Positions 48,757 through 61,262 are shown, counted from the stretch's first letter. The stretch: 64,000 nucleotides of DNA from Rhodospirillales bacterium (GCA_038143065.1 JAYQLI010000042.1:29114-93113), one strand, 5' to 3'. Notes: generated from the sequence alone by a model not told the origin. Numbers and translations: made by a program.

Positions 48757-49169
48757 AGCAGATGAGAACTCGCATCAGATTGCTAGCGCAGCCTGATTCT
48801 ATGCGCTCAATAGTTGGCGCCACTCAGTCAGAGCGGCGGTTCGATTGAGCTTGAAATTGTCTCGTGAGTAGAAGCGGCGTTCCTGATTGAAATGGTTGTG
48901 AACTGAAGAGTGGACGGCAAAGGAACTTTGCAAACATCGAACCAAATCTGTTCCACCAAAGCCGAACCGTTGCGTGGCTGATCTCAGTGCCTCGTTCGTG
49001 CAAAAGATCTTCCACGTTACTGATTGAGAGCGGAAAACGAACGTAAAGCATCACAGCCAAGCGGATGATCTCAGGGCTCGTTTTAAAGTACCTGAATGGG
49101 AGTGTTTTGTCATTCGGAGATGCTACGAGACCACCCTGCCCGTCTCAAGCTCGTTTGTCTGACAGCGCC
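48757..49169 (-). mobile_element. IS6-family element with internal deletion; right IR cut by the adjacent IS3
   Basis: MAVMLYVRFPLS..FGSMFA joined directly to KF..VHSS; homologous to 62580-63396. Confidence 0.85.
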
Positions 49170-49308
49170 ATTGGATCGTCTGGCATGAAAACCTCGGGTT
49201 GCTCGACGAATTCAAGCGGTCGCTGACATACTGGATGTAATAGTGCGCGAAGAACGTGGTCTGTTCCTCAAGGGCGCGGCGCCTGGTGGCGCATAGCCCC
49301 AAAATCAT
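49170..49308 (-). pseudogene. 5' fragment of a gene truncated by IS6
   Basis: Start overlaps the panB-like stop and the frame is interrupted by the IS6 IR. Confidence 0.4.
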
Positions 49309-50116
49309 GCATTCGTGTCAGGATCCAATTTAGAGGTGAAATTCTTGAGTTCCGCATCTGAAATCGAGACGGGTGCTCGGCGCCGGGTAGGCACCGTTCG
49401 CGACATCTGCACCGAATTCCCTGAATGCCGCGATCCGTTCCTGCTGAAGCCGGTCCAACTCGCTGCGGAAATTCCGGTATGTCTTGGCGTGGCGCGGTTT
49501 GTGACCGGGTGTGTAGCCAAGCACATCTTCAGCAAAAAGATACTGTGCGTCGGCGTATGGACCCGCCCCATTTCCAAGCAAAACGGGGTTCGTCCGTTTG
49601 GCGATCTCGGCAAGCAACACGGTCCGGAACCACTTCAAGTTCCACGCCGAAGCACCCGATCTCTTCGAGCGCCTTCACATGTCTGAAGACCTCCATGGCG
49701 CTGTTGGCTGTCTTACCAACTGCCTTGAGCCACCGGTCCATGTTGCTTTTGGATGGGATTAATCCGACATGGCTCACGACCGGAATGCCATCGTCTGCCA
49801 AGGCCTTGATTGTCCCAACGACGAAGCGCAATAGACGCAGTCGCCACCCACCTGCATCGCGCGGTGCGCCGCACGCTGGTAGTCCTCGAGCGTTACCAAC
49901 GCGCCATATAGTAGCCCGACCTGTACGAAGCAGTTCCCAGCGGCTGCGCGCATCTCTGGGGTCCAAGCAGGGTCGATGATCGACAGCATATCGATCCCAG
50001 CCTCGGACGCGGCGGCGGCCTCGTCCGAGTGCATCGACATAAAGCATCGTTAGCGTACGTTTGCCCTTCAGTGCCCGGATGTCCGCGACGGTTGGCCGTT
50101 TGTGATATAGTCCCAT
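49305..50116 (-). CDS. Divergent PanB-like (ketopantoate hydroxymethyltransferase fold) protein
   Basis: IPVVSHVGLIP, KAVGKT, ELEVVP, GAGPYADAQYLFAEDVLG; lacks the canonical LVGDS and D(L/M)PF motifs. Confidence 0.75.
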
Positions 50117-50140
50117 AAATTCTCCTTCGCTCAGGCCGCC

Positions 50141-51324
50141 CTAAGCAGTTTTTTTCAGGTTATGCGCGGGTCCGACAGCAACCCCGCGTCCACTCGGGCT
50201 CCGATAAGCCTTTGTGCGATCTTGATGTCCTTGGCGACCGCATTGCCGCGGCCCAACCCTGCGGCACCGGCAAGCGCACCGATATCGTCGAGGAAGAACA
50301 GAATTTCGGCCCCGTCTCCGAGCACTCGGATCACCGTCGGATTTCCCGAGGTATCGCCAACACCCTGGAGGCCCAGATCGTATTGATCTGACCAAAACCA
50401 GACCGGTACATCAAAACTCGCATCTCCGCCGCCAAGATTGCGGCCGGCAACCTCGCCCTGCGCCTGCGCGTTCTGCCATGTCTCGTATCGCCTGTAGTTT
50501 TCCTTCGGACGTCCTGACCGCCGCGCAATCGCCTGCTGCGTAGATCAGCGGGTCATCCGTCATGAGTTGGCCGTCGACCCGAATGCCATTCTCAACCGTC
50601 AGTCCGGTGGACCGGGCCAATTCGTCATTTGGCACAACGCCAACCGCGGCGATGACCAGATCGGCTTGGAGGAAGCGCCCGTCTTCCAACTCCACGCCGC
50701 GGTCGGTGCAAGAGGCGATGTGAACGCCACAGAGAATGCTCACACCTTCCTCTTGATGCTTCGCCGCCAGCCGCGTCGCCAGCCGCTCCGGCACATTGCG
50801 TCCCAGAGGCCGCGGCCCGGCCTCGACAACCGTGATATGAAGACCACGGGTCCTGAGCTCTGCGGCAGGCTCGAGCCCGATTAGCCCTGCTCCGACGATT
50901 ACCACCTTCGTTGCATTTTCGGCAGCGGCATAGATTGCGTTCGCGTCCTTGATTGTCCGAAGAACCTGCGCCCGGTCACCGCCGGGACAAGTCAGCGTGC
51001 GCGGCCGCGCTCCGGTAGCGAGAAGAAGTCTATCGTAGGCGAGTAAGCCGCCATCCGACAGCGACACCTCGTGCGCATTGCGAACGATGGCATTAGCAGA
51101 GACGCCGCACTTGAGGTCGATCGCCTTTTCCGAGAGGATCTCCGTGACGTGATCGGTTTTTCGACTGCGCCCGAGGCATCCGGTTTCGACAGCGGCGGTC
51201 GTTCATAGGGTAGCGTCTGCTCATCGCCAACAATCGTGATCGCGCCTTCGTACCCGGCATCGCGGGCCGCGAACGCCGCCCGGATCCCGCACTCTCCGGC
51301 GCCGATGATGACGATCCCGGCCAT
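50141..51324 (-). CDS. mocF: Ferredoxin reductase (MocF-like)
   Basis: IVIIGAGECG, PYERPPLSK, LLLATGARPR, GAGLIGLE, IYAAGDCA. Confidence 0.8.
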
Positions 51325-51325
51325 C

Positions 51326-51637
51326 CTAGATTTCGACGAAGACACGGTCGCCCTCGACCTTGACCGGGTAGGTGCCCAGATTGGCGCAGACCGGCGCGCG
51401 CTTCGCCTCGCCTGTGCGGTAATCAAACTGCCCGTTATGCTTCGGACATTCAATTACATAGTCCATCACCAACCCATCTTCGAGGTGCACCTGTTCGTGG
51501 GTACAAAGCCCATCGGTGCAGAAGAACTCGTCATTCGGGCTGCGATAAATCGCGAATGTCCGGTCTCCGTGATCGAAGCGGATCAAATCCTCTTCGTCTA
51601 TGTCATCCGTCGCGCAAGCGTCGATCCACTCGGCCAT
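51326..51637 (-). CDS. mocE: Rieske [2Fe-2S] ferredoxin, MocE family
   Basis: DEEDLIRFDH, CTHEQVHL, IECPKHNGQF. Confidence 0.88.
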   Translation of the reverse strand: MAEWIDACATDDIDEEDLIRFDHGDRTFAIYRSPNDEFFCTDGLCTHEQVHLEDGLVMDYVIECPKHNGQFDYRTGEAKRAPVCANLGTYPVKVEGDRVFVEI

Positions 51638-51660
51638 GTCGTCTCCCTCCCTTTTGATCT

Positions 51661-52738
51661 TTATTCTGCCGGAACGCTCAGCGCCTGCTCGTGCAAATCT
51701 TCCCGATATGGTCGGGCCGATCCAGGCAACTCGCGTTTGACAAAGAAATCCTCGTAGCGGAGCTGCCGCTTCAGCGCCGGCCAGATCTCGCGATAAGCGT
51801 CGAGGATCGAGGTATTGGGCGCGGGCAGGTCATGCTTGATCTTCTCGTGCAGCTCCGGCAGCCGGTGATAGGGCACCATCGGGAACATGTGGTGCTCGAC
51901 GTGATAGTTCATGTTCCAGTAGACGAAGCGGCTGATCGGGTTGATATAGACCGTGCGGCTGTTCAGCCGGTGGTCGAGAACGTCCTCGGCCAGACCGGCA
52001 TGCTGCATGATCCCGGTCATCACGTGATGCCAAGCGCCATATAGCCGCGGCGAGCCGATGACCATCAGCGGCAAGATCGATTGCATCGCCACGGCAAGCA
52101 CGATGGTCGCGAGGTAGATCAGAACCCAGACGCGGGCGACGCCGATAACCTTGTGCTGCTCCTGTTCGGGAATGAATGTCGCTTCCTCTGGATCGAGATT
52201 CCCGACGGCATTCAGGAGCATCCGCTTCCACCCGTTCAGCGCATCGAAAATTCCAAAGAAGTTCAGGAAGATGCGGAACAGCGCGGGAGGACGCATCGCG
52301 ACGATCTCGGGGTCACGGCCAACGATGATTGTGTCCGTATGATGCCGCGCGTGGCTCCAACGCCAAGACACGGGGTTCCGGATCATGCAGAAGGACGCGA
52401 TCTGATAGACGACGTTGTTCATCCAAGCGTCTTGAATGCAGTCCCATGCCCGCATTCGTGCCAACGACTGTCCATCGCCGAGCCATAAAGCACGCCGTAG
52501 GCCAGCCAGAACGGCGCTGACGACCAGGACGGCCAAAGTGCGATACCGATCCCGGCAAGAACGATCATGGACCCGAACAAGATGATGGCATCCCGGATCG
52601 CGGGTTGGTCAGAGCGCTGCATTAGCGCTTTCATCTCCTTGCGAGGGATCTCGGTGTGATACCACTCGGCGGTGGCCAGACCCGTCTCGACAGCACGCTC
52701 GAGTCCGGGCCAAGCAGGGAATAGTCGCGCTTCGTCAT
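51661..52738 (-). CDS. mocD: Desaturase-fold membrane oxygenase, MocD-like
   Basis: His boxes HECGH, HARHH, HVEHH; DHRLNSRTVY; upstream of mocE/F. Confidence 0.85.
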
Positions 52739-52865
52739 GATGTCCTCCCGAAACAACTTTTTCCGGAGATACAGGACACCTCTGGTTTCGCCTATAACTG
52801 AGCTTGCAAATCACATCAAAATACATCAATATTGCATCCATAATGATAACAAAACATCAACATAA

Positions 52866-53898
52866 ATGAAGCCCCGTCGCCCCACCTTGAAGGATCTGGC
52901 AAAGGCCGCCGGTGTGGGCGTCGCCACGGTGGACCGGGTCCTGAACGAACGGCCCAACGTGCGCGAAGCCACGATTGAGTGCGTACTCGCGGCGGCCGAA
53001 CGCATTGGCTATCCGACGGGAAAGTTGGAAGCCATCAGACTAGACGCCGCGCGACCGATGGTGCGATTTGGGTTTGTCCTTCACAAGCAGGCACAAGAAT
53101 TCTACCGCAATTTTGCGCATGCCCTCGAATGCGCAGTCGCCTCACGTACGGATATCCGCGGAAGATGCGATGTGCGATTTGCTGTGTCTCAGGCCCCGTC
53201 TGACTTTTCCTCCGAACTGACCAGCGTTGCAGCAACTTCCGACATTCTCGCGACCTCGGCGATCAACCACCCGACGCTGTCGGAGACGATCCGCGCCCTG
53301 CAAGATGAAGGGAAACCGGTTTTTTCGCTACTGAACGATGCCGCATCAGGCGTTCAGCAGAGCTATGTTGGCCTCGACAACGTGAAGGTCGGTCGGATCG
53401 CGGGGTGGATGATTGCCACGCAGATGCGGGAGGCCGGCAAAGTCGCGGTCTTCATCGGCGGGAACCGATGGCACGGGCATATCCTTCGAGAAACGGGGCT
53501 CAGAAGTTACCTGAGGATCACGCGCCGCAGCTTGAACTACTGGATGCCATCGTGAATTTGGAGACGCGTCAGGTCACCTACGAGGCAACTCTCGATCTTC
53601 TCGATCGGCATTCCGATCTTCGCGGCATCTACGTGGCCGGCGGGGGATGGAAGGCGCGATCGCAGCCTTGAGAGAAATGAGGCCGCCCGGCAAAGTGGCG
53701 CTGGTCGTGAACGAGTTGACGAACGAGAGCCGGGACGCGCTGACCGATCGCTACGTGAGCCTAGTGATCGCAACGCCGCTCGATCAACTCTGCCGAGACC
53801 TCGTCGCGTCGATGATCGAATCGGCCCGCGGCGGCCTGAGCGAAACCTCAGGCCAGCACTACCTCATCCCGCAGCTATTCGCGCCGGAGTCGCTTTGA
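52866..53898 (+). CDS. LacI-family transcriptional regulator (frameshifted)
   Basis: PTLKDLAKAAGVGVATVDRVLN, YVGLDNVKVGR, GIYVAGGG. Confidence 0.9.
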
Positions 53899-53901
53899 GG
53901 C

Positions 53902-54266
53902 TCAGGCGTCCCGTTCCATGATCCATTCGACCGGCAGAGCGCCGATGCGCCAGCGATAAAGAATATCGTTAAGGCAATGTCCAAATCGAGAAACCATGAT
54001 GACGACCTTTCGCTTCATGGCCTCGTCGAAGAACTCCGCGTCCATGTCGAGTTCTTTAGCAATCGGCGCTAAGGCTTTGCGCAACTCCTCCAAGCCCAAG
54101 CCGCGCTCGGACCGAAAGCTGGTTCGTATGAAGAAATTGCCAGTCTCGGCATCGTCGAACTGGGCGCTGTCGGTGATATTGCAGCCCTGTTCCGATAAAA
54201 CGTCGAGATAGCCGCAACTATTCCGCGCCGGCTTTCGCACTGCACACGAAGAGCGAAACTCGTCAT
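53902..54266 (-). pseudogene. purU: Truncated formyltetrahydrofolate deformylase
   Basis: ACT domain GIVAAIS..GCNITDSAQFDD and MVSRFGHCLNDILYRWRIGALP; ends at about 120 aa. Confidence 0.8.
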
Positions 54267-55270
54267 GGTGACCCCACCACGTCTGAGACTTTGACGACAC
54301 TTCCTTCGGCGACTGATTTCAGCGCTGCATCGGCCAGCGCCAGCGCCATCATGCCGTCGTGGCCGGTGGTCGGGGTCGGGCTTCCGTTGGCAACCGCTCC
54401 AACAAAGGCTGCGATCTCGTTGGCATAGGCGTTGACATAGCGCGACATGAAGAAGTTCAGAAGCGGCGGGCGCAGGTAGCCAGTGCTGTCGGCGATCTCG
54501 ATGTTGGCTTCCCGATGGTTCTCGGCGGAGACGGAACCCTTTGACCCGAGCACCTCGATACGCTGGTCATACCCGTAGGTCGCACGGCGACTGTTGGTGA
54601 TCGTACACTGCTTCCCGCTCGCGGTGGTCAGGATGACATTGATGCTATCGAAATCACCAAGTTCACCGATCTTGGTGTCGGTTAGCACCGAGGCCGCAGC
54701 TTGCACCGTCTCGACCTCTTCGCCAAGCAGCCAACGTGCGACATCGAAGTCATGGATCGTCATATCGCGGAAGATCCCCCAGAGACTTTGATGTACTCAT
54801 AGGGCGGCGGACCAGGATCGCGACTGGTCAGCGTGATCATCTCGACATCGCCAATCCGGCCATCGTCGATCGACTTCTTCAGCGCCATGAAATCGGGATC
54901 GAAGCGGCGATTGAAACCAACCATCAGGGTTGCGTCTTCTGCCTCGACTGTCTTCAGGCAGGTCTTCACGCGCTCGAGGCTCAGATCGATTGGCTTCTCG
55001 CAGAAAACTGCCTTCCCAGCCTTTGCAAACTGCTCAATCAGGTCGGCATGGGTGTTGGTCGGCGTACAGATCGCCACGGCGCCGACGTCATCGCTGGCCG
55101 CTATCTCGTCGATGCTCCGGATGTCGCAGCCGTAGGCGTCGGCCACCTTTGCGCCGCATCGGCGACGGGATCGGCGATTGCGACAAGCGTGGCATCGGGG
55201 TGGAGGTCACGGCCCTTGCATGAACCTGACCAATCCGGCCGGCCCCCAGGATGGCAAATCTCACTGTCAT
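54263..55270 (-). CDS. iolG: Inositol 2-dehydrogenase
   Basis: ILGAGRIGQVHA, ICTPTNTHAD, FCEKPIDL, VGFNRRFDP, MTIHDFD, NSRRATYGYDQRIEV. Confidence 0.92.
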
Positions 55271-55410
55271 GTTTTCCTCGTTGGTCTACGGCAATTCTTT
55301 GCCAAAATTGTTCTTTCAGCGGCCGACGTAGGGAGAAACCGTCGGCCGCTGTGGGACGAGCGTGAACGCTCGCAATGCCTAATTCGTAACCTTGAAAAAA
55401 GCTTGCGGCG

Positions 55411-56186
55411 TCACGCGACCTCCTCATACTCCGGCTGGGTCTTGGCACCGGTGATGTAGGCCACGACGTCTTCTCCATTGGTCTCTTCTTTTTGAGGTTA
55501 GCGCAGATCCGTCCGCGTCGGAACACGACGATGCGGTCCACAAGATCCATGACCTGGCGCATGTTGTGGCTGATCAAAATGAGCGGTTCACCTTCCTCTT
55601 TCAACGTGCGGATGATGTTTTCCACTTGCGCAGTTTCCTGGACACCCAAGGCGGCTGTTGGCTCATCCATGATTGTGAGTTTGGAATGAAAGGTTGCCGT
55701 GCGTGCGATGGCGACGCACTGCCTTTGGCCGCCAGACATGTTGCGGATCGTGTTCCGAATATTGGGAATCTTCACGCCGGTCCGGTTCAGGGCGTCGATC
55801 GTGGACTGGCGCATTGACTTATAGTCGAGGAGCCGGAAGGGACCGAGCCAGTCCGCAAAAGTTCTTTCACGTCCAAGGAAGAGATTGTCTGGCACGTCCA
55901 GATCATCAGCAAGTGCCAAGGTCTGGAACACGGTTTCGACGCCGTGTTCGCGTGCCTCGAGCGGTCCGGCGAAATGAACATCCTCGTTATAGAGCCAAAC
56001 TTTACCCCGAGTGCGCTGTTCAACACCTGTGATCTGGCGCACGAAGGTCGATTTGCCCGCGCCGTTATCGCCCATGATGGCCACATGTTCGCCTTTGCGC
56101 AGTTCAAAGTTCGCGCCTTCAAGTGCGTGAACCCCGCCGTAGTGCTTGGTCAGGTCTTCGGTTTTCAGAACGAAATCGTCACTCAT
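55411..56186 (-). CDS. Sugar ABC transporter ATP-binding protein
   Basis: GDNGAGKST, MSGGQRQ, MDEPTAALG. Confidence 0.92.
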
Positions 56187-56198
56187 GACCGGTCCTCC

Positions 56199-57267
56199 TT
56201 AAGCTTTGTTCCGTTGCCGGTACTGATCCAGAACCACCGCCGCGATGATGATTCCACCCATCGCCATCAGCTGATAGGATCCGTCCAGTTTGACATAAGT
56301 GAATCCCGACCGGATCACGCCGATCACCATGGCCCCCAAAACGGTGCCGATGATCGAACCGCGTCCACCAGTCAGACTTATTCCGCCGATCACCGCCATT
56401 GCGATGGCGAATAGCTCGTAAAACTCGCCCATCCCGGCCTGCGCGGTCGCACCCTTGGAGCTTAGAACCACACCAGCAAAGGCGGCCAGCATCGAAGCGA
56501 TCATATAGACCAGAACCTTGTGGCGCTTGACGTTGATACCCGACATGCGGGCGGCCTCTTCGTTGGACCCGATTGCATAGGTGTGCTTGCCATAGACAGT
56601 AAAGCTCGCGATCAGCTGAAAGATGATCGCAAGGATCACGAACCAGACGACAGGCATCATGCCAGAGCCGATGAATTTGTAACTTTCGGTGGGAAAAGAC
56701 ACCGGTTGACCATTCGACCACCACAAGGCGATGCCGCGGCAGATCAGGAACATGCCCAGGGTCGCAATGAAGGGGGATCCGTAGAAAAGCGACGAAGGTG
56801 CCGTTGACCGCGCCGATCACCGCGCCAAAGGCAACCCCACGACCACCGGCACGATGACCGGAAGATCCATCGCCCAAGACCGAAGATGGCCTTCGGGTTC
56901 GGGTTACCGTTGACCAGTTCGGTCTGGGCAAAGCTCATCGCAATCATCGCCGTCGCCGCCACGAGCGGGCCGGAGGACAGGTCGATTCCTGCCGTGATGA
57001 TCACCTGCGTCACGCCCAAGGCGATGATGCCAATAATCGCCACCTGCAGGATGATGATCTGCAAGCGGGCTTCGTTGAAGATACTGTCAAAGCGATCCCT
57101 TGTGTCGAACAAGAAACTTTGACCACGCATGTAAGGTGCGGTCTGACCTATGATCTCGAAGATGACGATGATGATTACCAGGGCCAGAAGGATATTCAGC
57201 TCGTTCGGCCAGGATCTTTGGATTTATCGAATGTTAGGCCGCCGGTACCTTGGCTTGTGTCAGCCAT
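56199..57267 (-). CDS. Sugar (inositol-type) ABC transporter permease
   Basis: TAGIDLSSG, YAIGSNEEAARMSGI, ELFAIAMAVIGGISLTGG. Confidence 0.9.
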
Positions 57268-57344
57268 CTGCGCCTCCCCAGTATTGGCGGTAATGAAAAG
57301 GACGGCGCGCTTCCGCGCCGTCCGAGTTTATTGGTAAAAGATCC

Positions 57345-58282
57345 TTAGTTTTTTCTAAGGAAATTTTCGATGTTACCCGGAACCACCAGCTGGAACGGGA
57401 TGTATACTTTGCTGTCCACGTCCTCGCCCGCGGCAAGTGCAAGTGCTGTGTTAACCGAGCCTGCGCCCTGGCCGAAGGCGTCCTGGAACACCGTGACGTC
57501 AAGCTGCCCGGCCTGCATAGCCACAAGTGCGTCCTGTGTCGCGTCGACGCCGCCAACTTCAACGTCAGCCATGTCGATGCCTGCAGTCTCCATCGCTTGG
57601 ATGGCGCCAATTGCCATTTCGTCATTGTTGGCAATCACGAAGTCGAAAGGCTCGCCCGAAGACAACCAGTTCGTCATGAGATCTTGCGCCTGGTCGCGAG
57701 ACCAGTTTGCGGTCTGTTCGTCGATAAGTGTCATGAAGCTGCACATGTCAGTGCCGATGACATCATGTACGTCCTTAGAACGCTGCACGGCAGCCTGGTT
57801 GGAAAGCTCACCGTTCATCAAGTAACCGGTCGCTCCGCTACCTTTGCCCGCGGCACGCAGGTTCTTGCAGATCTCAAAGGCCTCAAGTGTGCCGGATTCG
57901 ATCTCGTTGGATGCCACAAAGGCCTGTGTATCTGGCAGGCTGTCCACATTGTCAGGCTGGCGGTTGACAAAGACCAGCGGAACGTTTCCGGCAGCTTCGG
58001 TCATTGCTGCTCCGGCAGATGTATCTACGATGTTTACGATGATCGCATCGACACCAGAGGCAACGAAATTTTTGACCTGGTCGATTTGCTTGGCAAGGTC
58101 ATTGCTCGCGTCCTCGACTTGCAAGCTCACGCCATCAAGGCTCGCTGCGTGATCAGTCATACCGTTCCGCATGACAGTCAAGAAGTTGTCATCAAAGGCC
58201 GCGATTGTGGCACCGATTTCCTGCGCAATGGCAGTGGTTCCAGCAGCGAGGCAAAGCTGGCTGCGATTAGGGTCTTGTTCAT
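57345..58282 (-). CDS. Sugar ABC substrate-binding protein (inositol/rhizopine MocB-like)
   Basis: FDDNFLTVMRNGM, VEDASND, ANNDEMAIGA, VTVFQDAFGQG. Confidence 0.88.
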
Positions 58283-58360
58283 GGGTTTCCTCCCTCTGTT
58301 GGTGTCCGGCACACCATTTTCCATGCCGGAAGCCCCGTCACGGGGCTGTTGCTCCTTCGC

Positions 58361-59174
58361 TCAGGCGGCCAGCGCCTGAAGTTGCGAGGAAATGAAATCG
58401 AACGAGCGCTTGATCTCCGCATAGGGATCGTCGAGCACATGGGTCTTGCGCGAAAAGCATTTGTAGCTGATCGGGCCGTCGTAACCAGCCGCCAACAATT
58501 CCGCGATCTGCGCGACGTTTCCGAGCCGATCGTTTTCATCGACGAGAACACGATGCTCGTCTTCCATCTGCGCCAAGCTCAGCTTGGGATCATCCACGGC
58601 CGAGATATGCACAATGCCGGTCATCTGCGGATAGATCGGGCCACCATCGGCCAAAGTGTGATGGAACGTATCGTGGACAATCTTGAAATGGTCCTGCCCG
58701 CTGATCGAGGTGATCGACTCGACCAACTCCGTTTTCGAACGCAACGATGAGCGCTGGAATCCCAAAGGTTCGACGAGCGCCACTATCTCTGCGTCTTGCA
58801 GTAGCGGCAGCGCACCTTGAGCGCGACCCTGAGATTCGCACGCCGTTCGCTATTGCCAAATGCAGTGCCGTCGTTGCGGGAATGAGGCTGATGGTTTCCG
58901 CGCCAGAAGCTTTGGCCGTTGCGATCAGCGCCTTGACCGCGTCCTCGCGCTCCGGCGTCCAGTCGTTAAAGGGATAGACCTGGCTCAGTCCGACAAGGCG
59001 AAGACCCTTGTCGCGCGCGATGCGTCCGGCCTCTGTTGGGTCAATGTCATCGAACAGGGCGCGGCGTATGTCGTTGCGCACTTCGACCCCGACACAGCCG
59101 AGTTTTGCGGCCAGATCGAGAAAGGGCACGTAACCGAGTTTCGGTACGGTCATATGGTTCAACGCTGTCTGCAT
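58361..59174 (-). CDS. Xylose-isomerase-like TIM-barrel sugar isomerase/epimerase
   Basis: ALNHMTVP, VEVRND, LVEPLGF, VHDTFHH, IVHISAVDD. Confidence 0.82.
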
Positions 59175-59313
59175 GCCGCACTCCCCAGCCGAAACCTCCT
59201 TCCGGCGATAGGAATCACTATTGCGCCGATTCCCGGCCTCGGTCAATCAATGGAGAAGTATTTTGCGTCATTAATGATGTTTTTTGACCAGAAGCAATGA
59301 CGTTTTTACGTCT

Positions 59314-60342
59314 TTATACAATTTCGGGGAGATGCAAACGCGGTTCCAGAAAATACTGCCCGGGAACGCCATCATCATCTTGGCCACCGGCAACAATCAT
59401 CATATCCACAAGTTCCCGGCAGAGTTCAGGAGAGGCGTCGCAATGGCCATGATCGCATAGCCATCGACCAGTGCCGCACGACTCTCACCAGTCAACTCGT
59501 TAACGATGAGTGCGACCTGCGGTTCGGCATGGCGCTCGCGCAGTGCCGCGATCGCACCTTCCATACCGCCCCCGCCACATAGATGCCCTTTAAATCCGGA
59601 TGTCGGTCGAGCAGATCGAGTGTTGCTTCGTAGGTCAATTGCCGTGTCTCAAGGTTGACGAGCGTATCAAGTACCGAAAACTCTGGCCCCGCCTCGCGCA
59701 CAAACGAGCGGAACCCGACCTCGCGCAAGTCATGCCCGTGCCAGCGGTTCCCTCCACGAAAATCGCAAGCTTGCCGGGCTCATGGACAGTCTTTGTAATC
59801 AACCAGGCCGCCAATCGCCCAACCTTCATGTTGTTCAGGCCAACATAGTTCTTGCGAATGCCTTGTGCGAAATCGTTCAGGAGCGAAAAAACCGGTACGT
59901 TTTTGTCTTTCAGGTCCTGAACAATTCGGTCGAGTTTCTGATCGTTCACCGCAGCACCGGCAATCGCGTCGCAAGTTTCGCCCAGCTCCGTCAAGATTTC
60001 GGCGAACTCGGCGGGCGACTGCGATGATGAGAACCGAACAATTGCTTCCCCGCGTATGTCAGTGCGCGCCGCAACGGCCTGATCGATTTCCCGCGCGAAG
60101 TTACGATAGAACTCTTGCGTTTGCTTCAGAAGCACAAAGCCGAGTTTTTACTTCCGGAAGCGACTGGTCGAGCCGATCCCGAAAAGTCCCCATTCCGTGA
60201 TAGCCCACGCGTTGCGCCGCCTCTGCGATCTTCTTCAACGTGTCCGGCCTGACAGTGCCGCGCCCGTTGATTGCTCGATCGACCGTCGTCACACTGACAC
60301 CGCCTCGCGAGCAACATCTTTGATTGTTGTTCTATTCGCCAT
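59314..60342 (-). CDS. LacI-family transcriptional regulator, paralog of 52866-53898
   Basis: TTIKDVA, TVDRAIN, YVGLNNMKVGR, NLETRQLTYEATLDLL. Confidence 0.88.
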
Positions 60343-60405
60343 GTGCAGCTCCCAGATGACGGGTTTTCGTCATGTGAGGCTAGAATCTTCATTTGGCCTT
60401 GGCAA

Positions 60406-61226
60406 GGTGCTATCAGACCAATGAGAACTCGCATCAGATTGCTAGCGCAGCCTGAATCTATGCGCTCAATAATTGGCGCCACTCAGTCAGAGCGGCAGTT
60501 CGATTGAGCTTAAAATTGTCTCGTGAGTAGAAGTGGCGCTCCTGATTGAAATGGTTGTGGACTGAAGAGTGGACTGCAGCGAACTTCTGCAGACATCGCA
60601 TTTGTCGGAAGCGGAGCATAGCGCGTTCTCGTCGTCGAAACGGCAAGTGGGAATTCTCCGCCCTATTATTTACACCAGCGACCCGTTTCCTGCCGATCCG
60701 CGTTGCCAACAACTTTCATTGCAGCGCCGTAGGAACGTAGTTTATCCGTCACAACTACTTCTGGCCCGCCGTAGCGCTTCATTGCTTTTCTGAGGAATTT
60801 CAATGCTGCCTTGCGGTCTCGGCGCTTGGTTACATAACTTTCAAGCGCCTCACCTTCGTGATCAACGGCGCGCCAGAGATAATGCGTCTCTCCGTTGATC
60901 TTTACGAAGACCTCGTCCAGATGCCACTGCCAGTTTCGAATCCGATCGCATCCGACTAACCCGGTTTCTTCGTATCTCAGCAGCAAACATCGGACCAAAT
61001 CTATTCACCAAAACCGAACTGTTTCGTGGCTGATCTCAATGCCTCGTTCGTGCAGAAGATCTTCCACGTTACGAAGTGAGAGCGGAAACCGAACATAAAG
61101 CATCACAGCCAAGCGGATGATCTCAGGACTCGTTTTTAAAAAAGTACCTGAATGGGGAGTGTTTTGTCATTCGGCGAGGCTACGAGACCACCTGCCCGTC
61201 TCAAGCTCGTTTTGTCTGACAGTACC
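60406..61226 (-). mobile_element. IS6-family element, full length, frameshifted
   Basis: WHLDEVFVKINGETHYLWRAVD; IRs GGTGCTATCAGAC and GTCTGACAGTACC. Confidence 0.92.
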
Positions 61227-61262
61227 GTTAGCGGCGTTTTGAGGCTTTCAACTTTCTATCGG

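Noticed and set aside
55101-56186. 361-aa ABC ATPase apparently extending into iolG
   Set aside because: A frameshift near 55490 causes read-through; the real stop is at about 55411.
26000-60400. Many overlapping or antisense ORFs in the ORF track
   Set aside because: They are shadow frames of GC-rich genes and have no recognisable motifs.
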